Assembly (NCBI GenBank): GCA_964016885.1
Contig: OZ024740.1
Coordinates: 21,390,001-21,454,000, forward strand
Direction: 5' to 3'
Length of the DNA: 64,000 bases
From: Eledone cirrhosa
Lineage: Eukaryota
Shown: positions 10,148-24,700 of the stretch, piece after piece
How positions within the stretch are numbered: the stretch's first letter is position 1
Layout of the letters: each line of letters begins with the position of its first letter
Notes under the pieces: model-generated
Told to the model about the DNA's origin: nothing
The model's input: only the letters and a program-made list of their open reading frames with translations
The model's database searches: none
Translations under genes and position numbers: made by a program

Positions 10148-10266
10148 GTAGACTTTATGTACTGAAATATCTTGAATATAATTGCTGGTAGACTTTATGT
10201 ACTGAAAGATCTTGAATATAATTGCTGGTAGACTTTATGTACTGAAAGATCTTGAATATAATTGCT
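10148..10266. repeat. 40-bp tandem repeat, about 3 copies
   Basis: GTAGACTTTATGTACTGAAA(T/G)ATCTTGAATATAATTGCTG at 10148, 10188 and 10228. Confidence 0.92.
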
Positions 10267-10324
10267 AGAGCTTTAATAACATTGTGTACCAACAGTTTTG
10301 GTCTCTATTTTAAAGATATCTTGA

Positions 10325-10560
10325 TATCTTGCCTGCAACCCATTCAAGGTCTATAAAAAAGTACTAGCTTAGTACTGGGGTTAATTCTTGCTCTAAATCT
10401 CTTTCTCACTTCCATTCTCTCACTCTCTATCCTTCAGGAAGAAATCTACTGTATTCAGTCCTGAAGAGGAGATGGGCTCCACCAGGATTTAACAAAATGC
10501 TCCTAAAATGTCTTATGTCAATACGGTACCCCTACAACTCTGGGAGTTACGGGGCAATGC
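10325..10560 (+). mobile_element. Degraded SINE core and 3' body, same family as the minus-strand copy at 15470-15770
   Basis: Decayed core ...AAAGTACTAGCTTAGTACTGGGG. Blocks TCTCACTTCCATTCTCTCA, GGAAGAAATCTACTGTATTCAG, CTCCACCAGGATT and GAGTTACGGG match the reverse complement of 15472-15604. Confidence 0.7.
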
Positions 10561-11099
10561 ATGCATCAAGATATTTTCTCTTTCTGATTGGTAGTTTTTA
10601 CATTGAAGCAATTGTGCCAAAGAGTTTCTGGGTAATCTCCACAAGAACATTGCGGTGATTCCTTACGACCTCTTTATGATTTTATGATAAAATATAGTTC
10701 GACTATATATGGCCCGTTCGAAAAACTACGTAGGAAAATGAATGAGAAATATTCTAATTGTGGGGAATTCTGGTGTTTGAAGGACACATTCTTTAGGAGG
10801 ACACATTGAAAATATTCGTTTAATTTCTATTGTGGTAAGGGACAGATGTTATTTACCATCCATTCCACATTCACTTCCTGAGATCAAAGAACTCATAATG
10901 TAAACTATTGATAAGAGTATCAAATTTAGTTCTAATAGGGCTCTTCAGACATATGGGGTCCCAAATAAATATTCTAATCCATTAGTAATGACGTAATGCA
11001 AACATCCAGACATACAGACAGATATTATAAGGGCGCAACGTTATATCTATGTATCTATCTAAAAAGAAAGACTAAGAATTATAGAGAGAGATCGCTAAA

Positions 11100-11278
11100 T
11101 CGCCTAATGCAGTCCCTATGGCATTGAAAATTGGAAATATATTTTGCTTAAAACACTCACAGGACCATAAGTATTACATGTGTAAAGTTTGAAAACAATC
11201 GGTTGGGTGGTTCTCGAGTTTTAGTGAGCTGACAGACAGACAGACAGACAGACATTATCTGTTTTAGGTATATAGATG
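11100..11278 (-). mobile_element. Possible non-autonomous Helitron-like 5' end with internal (CTGT)n
   Basis: Minus strand begins A|TCTATATACCTAAAA, then (TGTC)n, then AACCGATTGTTTTCAAACTTT, the layout of Lep1-type invertebrate Helitron heads. No 3' CTAG/hairpin located. Left boundary uncertain. Confidence 0.4.
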
Positions 11279-11677
11279 ATTGCTTATTTTAAAATTCACT
11301 TCTTTTAAAATGTTCAAATGTCAATACATCCGGTTATGATATAACGGACGCTATATCATTTCGCTTATATAAACGTTATATAACGTTTATATTTCCGTCG
11401 CTTATTTTCTGCTCTTTCATTTTCATTACATTTCACCATAATGTAGTTTATATATAATATCGTCTTTTTTTAATGTATCATGGATTACTTCACTGATTAC
11501 AGAAGAGAGTGTAACACAGTCTCTCTTCAATTTCTGTGTATATCGTCAATTACGATTTTATTGGACGTATCATATCTACATGCATATCTAATTGCGTATA
11601 ATATCAATATGCACACAACACCTGTTAGAAGAAAACCACCTGAAGGGTGGTTTTCTGCTAGTACGATCAATACTAAA

Positions 11678-11881
11678 TTCTTCTTCTTCTTCTTCTTCTT
11701 CTTCTTCTTCTTCTTCTTCTTCTTCTTCTTCTTCTTCTTCACCGACTTATTCCTGAGAGGGTCGTGAGGGCAGAATGCTCAAACACTCCTCTCAGCAGGT
11801 CTTGTCAGAAGCAACCGTTTCCAACTCATCCGGCTGGATCCCCAAGCGTCACCAACCAAGCTCATGGATGTTATCCAACCA
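11678..11881 (-). mobile_element. 3' end of an RTE-clade LINE (decayed) with (GAA)n tail
   Basis: Minus strand from 11881 translates WLDNIHELGW*RLGIQPDELETVASDKTC*EECLSILPSRPSQE*, resembling RTE/Rex3 ORF C-termini. About 21 GAA units follow (11678-11740). Confidence 0.75.
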
Positions 11882-12159
11882 TAATTTTTACTTATGTTCA
11901 TTCAACCCTCTTCATTTTTCTTTTGTAGTGTGTGTGTAGTGTATGGGTGAGTGTGTGTGTGTGTGTGTTTATGTGTGTGTGTTTATGAAATATTATCGTG
12001 GCTATAAAAGCAAAGTTTTATGGAAAAATTAGCCATTTTTCATACTTTCTCGGCATAAGCAAATAGAAAATAATAGCTGCTGTCCAAGGACAAAATTCGT
12101 GTTACCTAGTGTTATCAAACATAACATTCTTAGTTAAAACGTATATGTATTTATTCATG

Positions 12160-12582
12160 ATCTCTCGGTTCTCGAATAATCGTCCCACGCCCCACCCACT
12201 CATTAATTTTATCAACTTTTTTCCAAACTCACGCCGCCGCTCTTATTCCAAGCCCCTTTACTTATTGAATTTTGCTAATCTATCTCTGGAGAAATTTTAT
12301 TTTAAGTGGTTGCATTCCTGCGACAATTAATTTTCTTTATAAATTAAAAAATATTATACATGAAAAAAAGAAAATTACTAGAAATTCCATACGATATAAA
12401 ATAAATAGGATGGGTTGGGGGTCTCGATATGTAAACTAAACGACTAATTCTGTTTTTTTTTTTTAATCAACGGAGACAACCTAGAAAGATAACCGATTTT
12501 CCACCCCATCCCCGCTTATCTCTCCATCCAACCCCTGCTTATTCCAACCACCAGCCCTCCCTGTATTTGGGACCCGAAGGTA
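12160..12582. mobile_element. Possible degraded MITE
   Basis: Imperfect terminal inverted repeats TCTCTCGGTTCTCGAATA / TATTTGGGACCCGAAGGTA and internal CCCC..CTTATT subrepeats. Confidence 0.35.
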
Positions 12583-12721
12583 TGTATGTACGTATATATC
12601 CTTTTGGAAGTAAATCAAATCCACAGGCGCCATCACCATAAATGAAACTTAAGGGTCAGTCTTTCTTGTGGTCCCGGCCGACTTATTGACAAATATAGTG
12701 ATGTAATGAGAGAATTTATTG

Positions 12722-14892
12722 ATACAATTATATAACACATCTATATAACATATTTATATAACACAATTATGTAACACATTTATATAAAATATCTATATAA
12801 CACATTTATATAACACAATTATATAACACGTTAATATAACACGTTTATATATCACATTTATATAACACATTTATATAACACATTTATATAACACATTTAT
12901 ATAACACAATTATATAACACATTTATACAACACAATTATATAACACATCTATATAACACAATTATATAACAATTATATAACACATTTATAGTACAATTAT
13001 ATAACACAATTATATAACACACATAACACAATTATATAGTACAATTATATAACATATTTATATAACACAATTACATAATATTTATATAACGCATCTATAT
13101 ACACATTTATATAACACAATTATATAACATTTATATAACGCATCTATATGAAACAAATCTATATAACAAAACTATATAACAAATCTATGTAACACATTTA
13201 TATAACACACATATATAACACATGTATATAACACATTTATATAACACATTTATATAACACATTTATATAACACATTTATATAACACATTTATATAACTGA
13301 ATTATATAACGCATTTATATAACACAATTATATAACACATTTATATAACACATTTATATAACACATTTATATAACTGAATTATATAACGCATTTATATAA
13401 CACAATTATATAACACATTTATATAACACAATTATATAATATTTATATAACGCATCTATATGAAAAAATCTATATAACAAAACTATATAACATATCTATA
13501 TAACACATTTATATAACACATATATATATATAACATTTATATAACAAATTTATATAACATTTATATAACACATGTATATAACACATTTATATAACACATT
13601 TATATAACAGAATTATATAACACAATTATATAACACATTTATATAACACAATTATATAACACATCTATATAACACATTTATATAACATATATATAACACA
13701 TCTATATAACACATATATATAAAACATCCATATAACACATCTATATAACACATCTATATAACACATTTATATAACACAATTATATAGCACAATTATATAA
13801 CAAAATTATATAAAACATATAACACAATTATATAACACATTTATATAACACAATTATATAACACATTTATATAACACATGTATATAACACATGTATATAA
13901 CACATGTATATAACACATTTATATAACAGAATTATATAACACATTTATATAACAGAATTATATAACACATTTATATAACAGAATTATATAACACATCTAT
14001 ATAACACATTTATATAACATATATATAACACATCTATATAACACATATATATATATAACACATCTATATAACACATCTATATAACATATCTATATAACAC
14101 ATCTATATAGCACAATTATATAACAAAATTATATAAAACATATAACACAATTATATAACACATTTATATAACACATTTATATAACACATTTATATAACAC
14201 ATTTATATTACACATTTATATAACACAATTATATAACATATTTATATAACACAATTATATAACACATCTATATAACACAATTATATAACACACATAACAC
14301 ATTTATATAACACAATTATATATCACATTTCTATAACACATTTATACAACACAATTATATAACATAATTATATAACACATTTATATAACACATTTATATA
14401 ACACATTTATATTACACATTTATATAACACAATTATATAACACGTTTATATAACACAATTATATAACACATTTATATAACACAATTATATAACACACATA
14501 ACACATTTATATAACACAATTATATATCACATTTCTATAACACAATTATACAACACAATTATATAACATAATTATATAACACATTTATATAACATTTCTA
14601 TAACACATTTCTATAACACAATTATACAACACAATTATACAACACAATTATATAACACAGAACACATTTATGTAACACATTTCTATAACACATATATATA
14701 ACAATTATATATCACATTTCTATAACACAATTATACAATACAATTATATATCACATATAACACATTTATATAACACATTTATGTAACACATTTATATAAC
14801 ACATCTATATAACACATATATATAACACATTTATATAACACATTTATGTAACATATTTATATAGCACAATTATATAATACATTTCTATAACA
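12722..14892. repeat. AT-rich minisatellite, about 13-bp unit TATATAACACA(T/A)T
   Basis: About 2.2 kb of tandem TATATAACACATT / TATATAACACAAT variants. Confidence 0.95.
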
Positions 14893-15164
14893 ATCGTATT
14901 CAGTTCCAAATCAAAATAATACAGTTACATAGCAAACAGAAGTTATTAAGAAGCAGACATGGTTATCTAAGAAAGCCTATTGGAGGTATGATAAGAGAAA
15001 TATTGATGTGATACCAGATTGGACCTTCCAAAGTGATATTTCAATTTAGATGGTATTTAGTAAGCAGCATATGGCATGATAACTATCACCTTATCTCTGG
15101 TATACACTTCACAATTTTTCGTTGTTTAACACATTACATTATTGCCCTTGATTATTTAGGAAGA

Positions 15165-15360
15165 TATTATCATACATTGGCAGTATCGGTAGAGGGTCAG
15201 ACGCCATGCTTTGCAGCATAGAGTATGCCTCTTTATAGCCCGAGTTCAAATCCCAACGAAGTTGACTTTCCCTTTCATCCTTACGGGGTCGATAAAATAA
15301 AGTACCAGTAATGCACTGGGATAATTGCTGGCCTTGTGCCAAAAATAGAAACAATTATTA
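15165..15360 (+). mobile_element. tRNA-derived SINE (same subfamily as 9111-9307)
   Basis: TGGCAGTATCGG A-box, GAGTTCAAATCC B-box, near-identical core and tail. Confidence 0.85.
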
Positions 15361-15469
15361 CATAATATAACACACATAATATCACAGTGATAACATCTTG
15401 TGATGGTGTAGCGACACTTCCTATTCACCTTCACTACAAAATATTCAGAGATGAATATGGAATGACATG

Positions 15470-15770
15470 AACCCGTAACTCTAGGAGGCGCCGTATACGG
15501 CATTTTCTTGGGCAATTTTAATCCTGGTGGAGGTCAGCTCCAGGTCTGAATACAGTAGATTTCTTCCAGAGAAAGATAGAGAGAATGAGAGAATGGAAGT
15601 GAGATATAGATATAGAGGAAGAATAGACCCCCATCGCTGTATTTGTATTGTTTTATCGACTTGGAATCGATGAAAGGCAAAGTAAACCTAGGTGGGATTC
15701 GAACTCAGGGAGCAGGGAGCTGAAATGGATACTGAAAACCATTATATCTGACGTTCTAACCACTCTGCCA
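15470..15770 (-). mobile_element. tRNA-derived SINE whose 5' head merges with the satellite
   Basis: Minus strand: A-box TGGCAGAGTGG (15760-15770), B-box GAGTTCGAATCC (15695-15706), core TTTACTTTGCCTTTCATCGATTCCAAGTCGATAAAA, 3' body shared with 10380-10555. Confidence 0.82.
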
Positions 15771-18700
15771 TTCTATCTGACGTTCTAACCACTCTACCAT
15801 TCTATCTGACGTTCTAACCACTCTGCCATTCTATCTGACGTTCTAACCACTCTACCATTCTATCTGACGTTCTAACCACTCTACCATTCTATCTGACGTT
15901 CTAGCCACTCTACCATTCTATCTGACGTTCTAACCACTCTACCATTCTATCTGACGTTCTAACCACTCTACCATTCTACCTGACGTTCTAACCACTCTAC
16001 CATTCTATCTGACGTTCTAACCACTCTACCATTCTATCTGACGTTCTAACGACTCTACCATTCTATCTGACGTTCGAACCACTCTACCATTCTATCTGAC
16101 GTTCTAACCTTTCTGCCATTCTATCTGACGTTCTAACGACTCTACCATTCTATCTGACGTCCTAACCACTCTACCATTCTATCTGACGTTCTAACCACTC
16201 TACCATTCTATCTGACGTTCTAACCACTCTACCATTATATCTGACGTTCTAACGACTCTACCATTCTACCTGACGTTCTAACCACTCTACCATTCTATCT
16301 GACGTTCTAACCACTCTACCATTCTATCTGACGTTCTAACCACTCTACCATTCTATCTGACGTTCTAACCACTCTACCATTCTATCCGACGTTCTAACCA
16401 CTCTACCATTCTACCTGACGTTCTAACGACTCTGCCATTCTATCTGACGTTCTAATCATTCTACCATTCTATCTGACGTTCTAACGACTCTACCATTCTA
16501 CCTGACGTTCTAACGACTCTACCATTCTACCTGACGTTCTAATCACTCTACCATTCTATCTGACGTTCTAACCACTCTACCATTCTACCTGACGTTCTAA
16601 CGACTCTACCATTCTACCTGACGTTCTAATCACTCTGCCATTCTATCTGACGTTCTAATCACTCTACAATTCTATCTGACGGTCTAATCACTCTACCATT
16701 CTATCTGACGTTCTAATCACTCTACAATTCTATCTGACGGTCTAATCACTCTACCATTCTATCTGACGTTCTAACCACTCTACCATTCTATCCGACGTTC
16801 TAACCACTCTACCATTCTATCTGACGTTCTAACGACTCTGCCATTCTATCTGACGTTCTAATCATTCTACCATTCTATCTGACGTTCTAACGACTCTACC
16901 ATTCTACCTGACGTTCTAACGACTCTACCATTCTACCTGACGTTCTAATCACTCTACCATTCTATCTGACGTTCTAATCACTATACAATTCTATCTGACG
17001 GTCTAATCACTCTACCATTCTATCTGACGTTCTAACCACTCTGCCATTCTATCTGACGTTCTAACCACTCTACATTCTACCTGAGGTTCTAACGACTCTA
17101 CCATTCTACCTGACGTTCTAACCACTCTACCATTCCATATGACGTTCTAAGTACTCTACCATTCTATCTGACGTTCTAATCAATCTACCATTCTACCTGA
17201 CGTTCTAACCACTCTACCATTCTACCTGACGTTCTAATCATTCTACCATTCTATCTGACGTTCTAACGACTTACCATTCTATCTGACGTTCTAACTACTC
17301 TACCATTCTACCTGACGTTCTAACCACTCTATCATTCTATCTGACGTTCTAATCACTCTACAATTCTATCTGACGGTCTAATCACTCTACCATTCTATCT
17401 GACGTTCTAACCACTCTGCCATTCTATCTGACGTTCTAATCACTCTACCATTCTATCTGACGTTCTAACCACTCTACCATTCTATCTGACGTTCTAATCA
17501 ATCTACCATTCTATCTGACGTTCTAACGACTCTACCATTCTACCTGACGTTTTAACCACTCTACCATTTTATATGACGTTCTAACCACTCAACCATTCTA
17601 TCTGACGTTCTAATCACTCTGCCATTCTATCTGACGTTCTCATCACTCTACCATTCTATTTGACATTCTAACCACTCTACCATTCTATCTGACGTTCTAA
17701 TCACTCTACAATTTTATCTGACGTTCTAATCACTCTACCATTCTATCTGACGTTCTAACCACTATGCCATTCTATCTGACGTTCTGATCACTCTACCATT
17801 CTATCTGACGGTCTAACCACTCTGCCATTCTATCTGACGTTCTAACCACTCTACATTCTACCTGAGGTTCTAACGACTCTACCATTCTACCTGACGTTCT
17901 AACCACTCTACCATTCCATATGACGTTCTAAGTACTCTACCATTCTATCTGACGTTCTAATCAATCTACCATTCTACCTGACGTTCTAACCACTCTACCA
18001 TTCTACCTGACGTTCTAATCATTCTACCATTCTATCTGACGTTCTAACGACTTACCATTCTATCTGACGTTCTAACTACTCTACCATTCTACCTGACGTT
18101 CTAACCACTCTATCATTCTATCTGACGTTCTAACTACTCTACCATTCTATCTGACGTTCTAATCACTCTACCATTCTATCTGACGTTCTAACGACTCTAC
18201 CATTCTACCTGACGTTCTAACCACTCTACCATTCTACCTGACGTTCTAACCACTCTACCATTCTATCTGACGTTCTAATCATTCTACCATTCTATCTGAC
18301 GTTCTAATCACTCTACCATTCTATCTGACATTCTAATCACTCTACCATTCTATCTGACGTTCTAATGACTCTACCATTCTACCTGACGTTCTAACCACTC
18401 TACCATTCTACCTGACGTTCTAACCACTCTACCATTCTATCTGATGTTTTAACCACTCTACCATTCTATCTGACATTCTAACAACTCTACCATTCTATCT
18501 GACGTTCTATCCACTCTAGCATTCTATCTGATGTTCTAACCACTCTACCATTCTATCTGACGTTCTAACTACTCTACAATTCTATCTGACGTTCTAATCA
18601 CTCTAGCATTCTATGTGACGTTCTAACGACTCTACCATTCTACCTGACGTTCTAATCATTCTACCATTCTATCTGACGTTCTAACGACTCTACCATTCTA

Positions 18701-21700
18701 CCTGACGTTCTAACGACTCTACCATTCTACCTGACGTTCTAATCACTCTACCATTCTATCTGACGTTCTAACCACTCTACCATTCTATCTAACGTTCTAA
18801 CCCCTCTACCATTCTATCTGACGTTCTAACCACTCTACCATTCTACCTGACGTTCTAATCATTCTACCATTCTATCTGACGTTCCAACGACTCTACCATT
18901 CTACCTGACGTTCTAACGACTCTACCATTCTACCTGACGTTCTAATCACTCTACCATTCTATCTGACGTTCTAACGACTCTACCATTCTAGCTGACGTTC
19001 TAATCACTCTACAATTTTATCTGACGTTCTAATCACTCTACCATTCTATCTGACGTTCTATCGACTCTACCATTCTATCTGACGTTCTAACCACTCTACC
19101 ATTCTATCCGACGTTCTAACCACTCTACCATTCTATCTGACGTTCTAACGACTCTGCCATTCTATCTGACGTTCTAATCATTCTACCATTCTATCTGACG
19201 TTCTAACGACTCTACCATTCTACCTGACGTTCTAACGACTCTACCATTCTACCTGACGTTCTAATCACTCTATCATTCTATCTGACGTTCTAATCACTCT
19301 ACAATTCTATCTGACGGTCTAATCACTCTACCATTCTATCTGACGTTCTAATCACTCTACCATTCTATCTGACGTTCTAATCACTCTACAATTCTATCTG
19401 ACGGTCTAATGACTCTACAATTCTATCTGACGGTCTAATCACTCTACCATTCTATCTGACGTTCTAACCACTCTACCATTCTATCTAACGTTCTAACCCC
19501 TCTACCATTCTATCTGACGTTCTAACCACTCTACCATTCTACCTGACGTTCTAATCATTCTACCATTCTATCTGACGTTCCAACGACTCTACCATTCTAC
19601 CTGACGTTCTAACGACTCTACCATTCTACCTGACGTTCTAATCACTCTACCATTCTATCTGACGTTCTAACGACTCTACCATTCTAGCTGACGTTCTAAT
19701 CACTCTACAATTTTATCTGACGTTCTAATCACTCTACCATTCTATCTGACGTTCTAACCACTCTACCATTCTATCCGACGTTCTAACCACTCTACCATTC
19801 TATCTGACGTTCTAACGACTCTGACATTCTATCTGACGTTCTAATCATTCTACCATTCTATCTGACGTTCTAACGACTCTACCATTCTACCTGACGTTCT
19901 AACGACTCTACCATTCTACCTGACGTTCTAATCACTCTATCATTCTATCTGACGTTCTAATCACTCTACAATTCTATCTGACGGTCTAATCACTCTACCA
20001 TTCTATCTGACGTTCTAACCACTCTGCCATTCTATCTGACGTTCTAATCACTCTGCCATTCTATCTGACGTTCTCATCACTCTACCATTCTATTTGACAT
20101 TCTAACCACTCTACCATTCTATCTGACGTTCTAATCACTCTACAATTTTATCTGACGTTCTAATCACTCTACCATTCTATCTGACGTTCTAACCACTATG
20201 CCATTCTATCTGACGTTCTGATCACTCTACCATTCTATCTGACGTTATAACCACTCTGCCATTCTATCTGACGTTCTAACCCCTCTACATTCTACCTGAC
20301 GTTCTAACGACTCTACCATTCTACCTGACGTTCTAACCACTCTACCATTCCATATGACGTTCTAACCCCTCTACCATTCTATCTGACGTTCTAATCAATC
20401 TACCATTCTACCTGAAGTTCTAACCACTCTACCATTCTACCTGACGTTCTAATCACTCTACCATTCTATCTGACGTTCTAACCACTCTACCATTCTATCT
20501 AACGTTCTAACCCCTCTACCATTCTATCTGACGTTCTAACCACTCTACCATTCTACCTGACGTTCTAATCATTCTACCATTCTATCTGACGTTCCAACGA
20601 CTCTACCATTCTACCTGACGTTCTAACGACTCTACCATTCTACCTGACGTTCTAATCACTCTACCATTCTATCTGACGTTCTAACGACTCTACCATTCTA
20701 GCTGACGTTCTAATCACTCTACAATTTTATCTGACGTTCTAATCACTCTACCATTCTATCTGACGTTCTAACCACTCTGCCATTCTATCTGACGTTCTGA
20801 TCACTCTACCATTCTATCTGACGTTCTAACCACTCTGCCATTCTATCTGAAGTTGTAATCACTCTACCATTCTATCTGACGTTCTAACAACTCTACCATT
20901 CTATCTGACGTTCTAACCACTCTACCATTCTATCTAACGTTCTAACCACTCTACCATTCTATCTGACGTTCTAACCACTTTACCATTCTACCTGACGTTC
21001 TAATCATTCTACCATTCTATCTGACGTTCTAACGACTCTACCATTCTATCTGACGTTCTAACGACTCTACCATTCTACCTGACGTTCTAACCACTCTATC
21101 ATTCTATCTGACGTTCTAATCACTCTACAATTTTATTTGACGGTCTAATCACTCTACCATTCTATCTGACGTTCTAACCACTCTGCCATTCTATCTGACG
21201 TTCTAATCACTCTACCATTCTATCTGAAGTTCTAATCACTCTACCATTCTATCTGACGTTCTAACCACTCTACCATTCTATCTAACGTTCTAACATCTCT
21301 ACCATTCTATCTGACGTTCTAATGACTCTACCATTCTACCTGACGTTCTAACCACTCTACCATTCTACCTGGCGTTCTAACCACTCTACCATTCTATCTG
21401 ACGTTCTAATGACTCTACCATTCTACCCGACGTTCTAACCACTCTACCATTCTATCTGACGTTCTAACGACTCTGCCATTCTATCTGACGTTCTAATCAT
21501 TCTACCATTCTATCTGACGTTCTAACAACTCTACCATTCTACTTGACGTTCTAACGACTCTACCATTTTACCTGACGTTCTAATTACTCTACAATTCTAT
21601 CTGACGTTCTAACCACTCTACCATTCTATATGACGTTCTAAACACTCTACCATTCTATCTGACGTTCTAACCACTCTACCATTCTATCTGACGTTCTAAT

Positions 21701-24700
21701 CGCTCTACAATTTTATCTGACGTTATAATCACTCTACCATTCCATCTGACGTTCTAATCACTCTGCTATTCTATCTGACGTTCTGATCACTCTACCATTC
21801 TATCTGACCTTCTAACCCCTCTACCATTCTATCTAACGTTCTAACACATCTACCATTCTATCTGACGTTCTAACCACTCTACCATTCTACCTGACGTTCT
21901 AACCATTCTACCATTCTATCTGACGTTCTAACGACTCTACCATTCTACCTGACGTTCTAACGACTCTACCATTCTACCTGACGTTCTAATCACTCTACCA
22001 TTCTATCTGACGTTCTAACGACTCTACCATTCTACCTGACGTTCTAATCACTCTACAATTTTATCTGACGTTCTAATCACTCTACCATTCTATCTGACGT
22101 TCTAACCACTCTGCCATTCTATCTGACGTTCTGATCACTCAACCATTCTATCTGACGTTCTACACCACTTTGCCATTCTATCTGAAGTTCTAATCACTCT
22201 ACCATTCTATATGACGTTCTAACCACTCTACCATTCTATCTGACGTTCTAACCACTCTACCATTCTATCTAACGTTCTAACATCTCTACCATTCTATCTG
22301 ACGTTCTAATGACTCTACCATTCTAAATGACGTTCTAACCACTCTACCATTCTACCTGGCGTTCTAACCATTCTACCATTCTATCTGACGTTCTAATGAC
22401 TCTACCATTCTACCCGACGTTCTAACCCCTCTACCATTCTATCTAACGTTCTAACCCCTCTACCATTCTATCTGACGTTCTAACCACTCTACCATTCTAC
22501 CTGACGTTCTAACCATTCTACCATTCTATCTGACGTTCTAACGACTCTACCATTCTACCTGACGTTCTAATCACTCTACCATTCTATCTGAGGTTCTAAC
22601 GACTCTACCATTCTACCTGACGTTCTAATCACTCTACAATTTTATCTGACGTTCTAATCACTCTACCATTCTATCTGACGTTCTAACCACTCTGCCATTC
22701 TATCTGACGTTCTGATCACTCTACCATTCTATCTGACGTTCTACACCACTTTGCCATTCTATCTGAAGTTCTAATCACTCTACCATTCTATCTGACGTTC
22801 TAACCACTCTACCATTCTATCTAACGTTCTAACATCTCTACCATTCTATCTGACGTTCTAATGACTCTACCATTCTACCTGACGTTCTAACCACTCTACC
22901 ATTCTACCTGGCGTTCTAACCACTCTACCATTCTATCTGACGTTCTAACGACTCTACCATTCTACCTGACGTTCTAACGACTCTACCATTCTACCTGACG
23001 TTCTAATCACTCTACCATTCTATCTGACGTTCTAACGACTCTACCATTCTACCTGACGTTCGAATCACTCTACAATTTTATCTGACGTTCTAATCACTCT
23101 ACCATTCTATCTGACGTTCTAACCACTCTGCCATTCTATCTGACGTTCTACACCACTTTGCCATTCTATCTGAAGTTCTAATCACTCTACCATTCTATAT
23201 GACGTTCTAACCACTCTACCATTCTATCTGACGTTCTAACCACTCTACCATTCTATCTAACGTTCTAACATCTCTACCATTCTATCTGACGTTCTAATGA
23301 CTCTACCATTCTACCTGACGTTCTAACCACTCTACCATTCTTCCTGGCGTTCTAACCACTCTACCATTCTACCCGACGTTCTAACCCCTCTACCATTCTA
23401 TCTAACGTTCTATCCCCTCTACCATTCTATCTGACGTTCTAACCACTCTACCATTCTACCTGACGTTCTAACCATTCTACCATTCTATCTGACGTTCTAC
23501 CGACTCTACCATTCTACCTGACGTTCTAATCACTCTACCATTCTATCTGAGGTTCTAACGACTCTACCATTCTACCTGACGTTCTAATTACTCTACAATT
23601 TTATCTGACGTTCTAATCACTCTACCATTCTATCTGACGTTCTAACCACTCTGCCATTCTATCTGACGTTCTGAACACTCTACCATTCTATCTGACGTTC
23701 TACACCACTTTGCCATTCTATCTGAAGTTCTAATCACTCTACCATTCTATCTGACGTTCTAACCATTCTACCATTCTATCTAACGTTCTAACATCTCTAC
23801 CATTCTATCTGACGTTCTAATGACTCTACCATTCTACCTGACGTTCTAACCACTCTACCATTCTAACTGGCGTTCTAACCACTCTACCATTCTATCTGAC
23901 GTTCTAATGACTCTACCATTCTACCCGACGTTCTAACCCCTCTACCATTCCATCTGACGTTCTAATGACTCTACCATTCTATCTGACGATCTAACCACTC
24001 TACCATTCTACCTGGCGTTCTAACCACTCTACCATTCTATCTGACGTTCTAACCACTCTACCATTCTATCTAACGTTCTAACATCTCTACCATTCTATCT
24101 GACGTTCTAATGACTCTACCATTCTACCTGACGTTCTAACCACTCTACCATTCTACCTGGCGTTCTAACCACTCTACCATTCTATCTGACGTTCTAATGA
24201 CTCTACCATTCTACCCGACGTTCTAACCCCTCTACCATTCTATCTAACGTTCTAACCCCTCTACCATTCTATCTGACGTTCTAACCACTCTACCATTCTA
24301 CCTGACGTTCTAACCATTCTACCATTCTATCTGACGTTTAACGACTCTACCATTCTACCTGACGTTCTAATCACTCTACCATTCTATCTGACGTTCTAAC
24401 GACTCTACCATTCTACCTGACGTTCTAATCACTCTACAATTTTATCTGACGTTCTAATCACTCTACCATTCTATCTGACGTTCTACACCACTTTGCCATT
24501 CTATCTGAAGTTCTAATCACTCTACCATTCTATCTGACGTTCTAACCACTCTACCATTCTATCTAACGTTCTAATATCTCTACCATTCTATCTGACGTTC
24601 TAATGACTCTACCATTCTACCCGACGTTCTAACCCCTCTACCATTCTATCTAACGTTCTAATGACTCTACCATTCTATCTGACGTTCTAACGACTCTACC

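Noticed and set aside
10460-10500. CTGAAGA as another hammerhead core
   Set aside because: No stem II, GAAA or NUH follows; it lies in a SINE body.
11480-11767. Poly-Phe / poly-Lys ORFs
   Set aside because: These derive from the (GAA)n tail of the RTE fragment.
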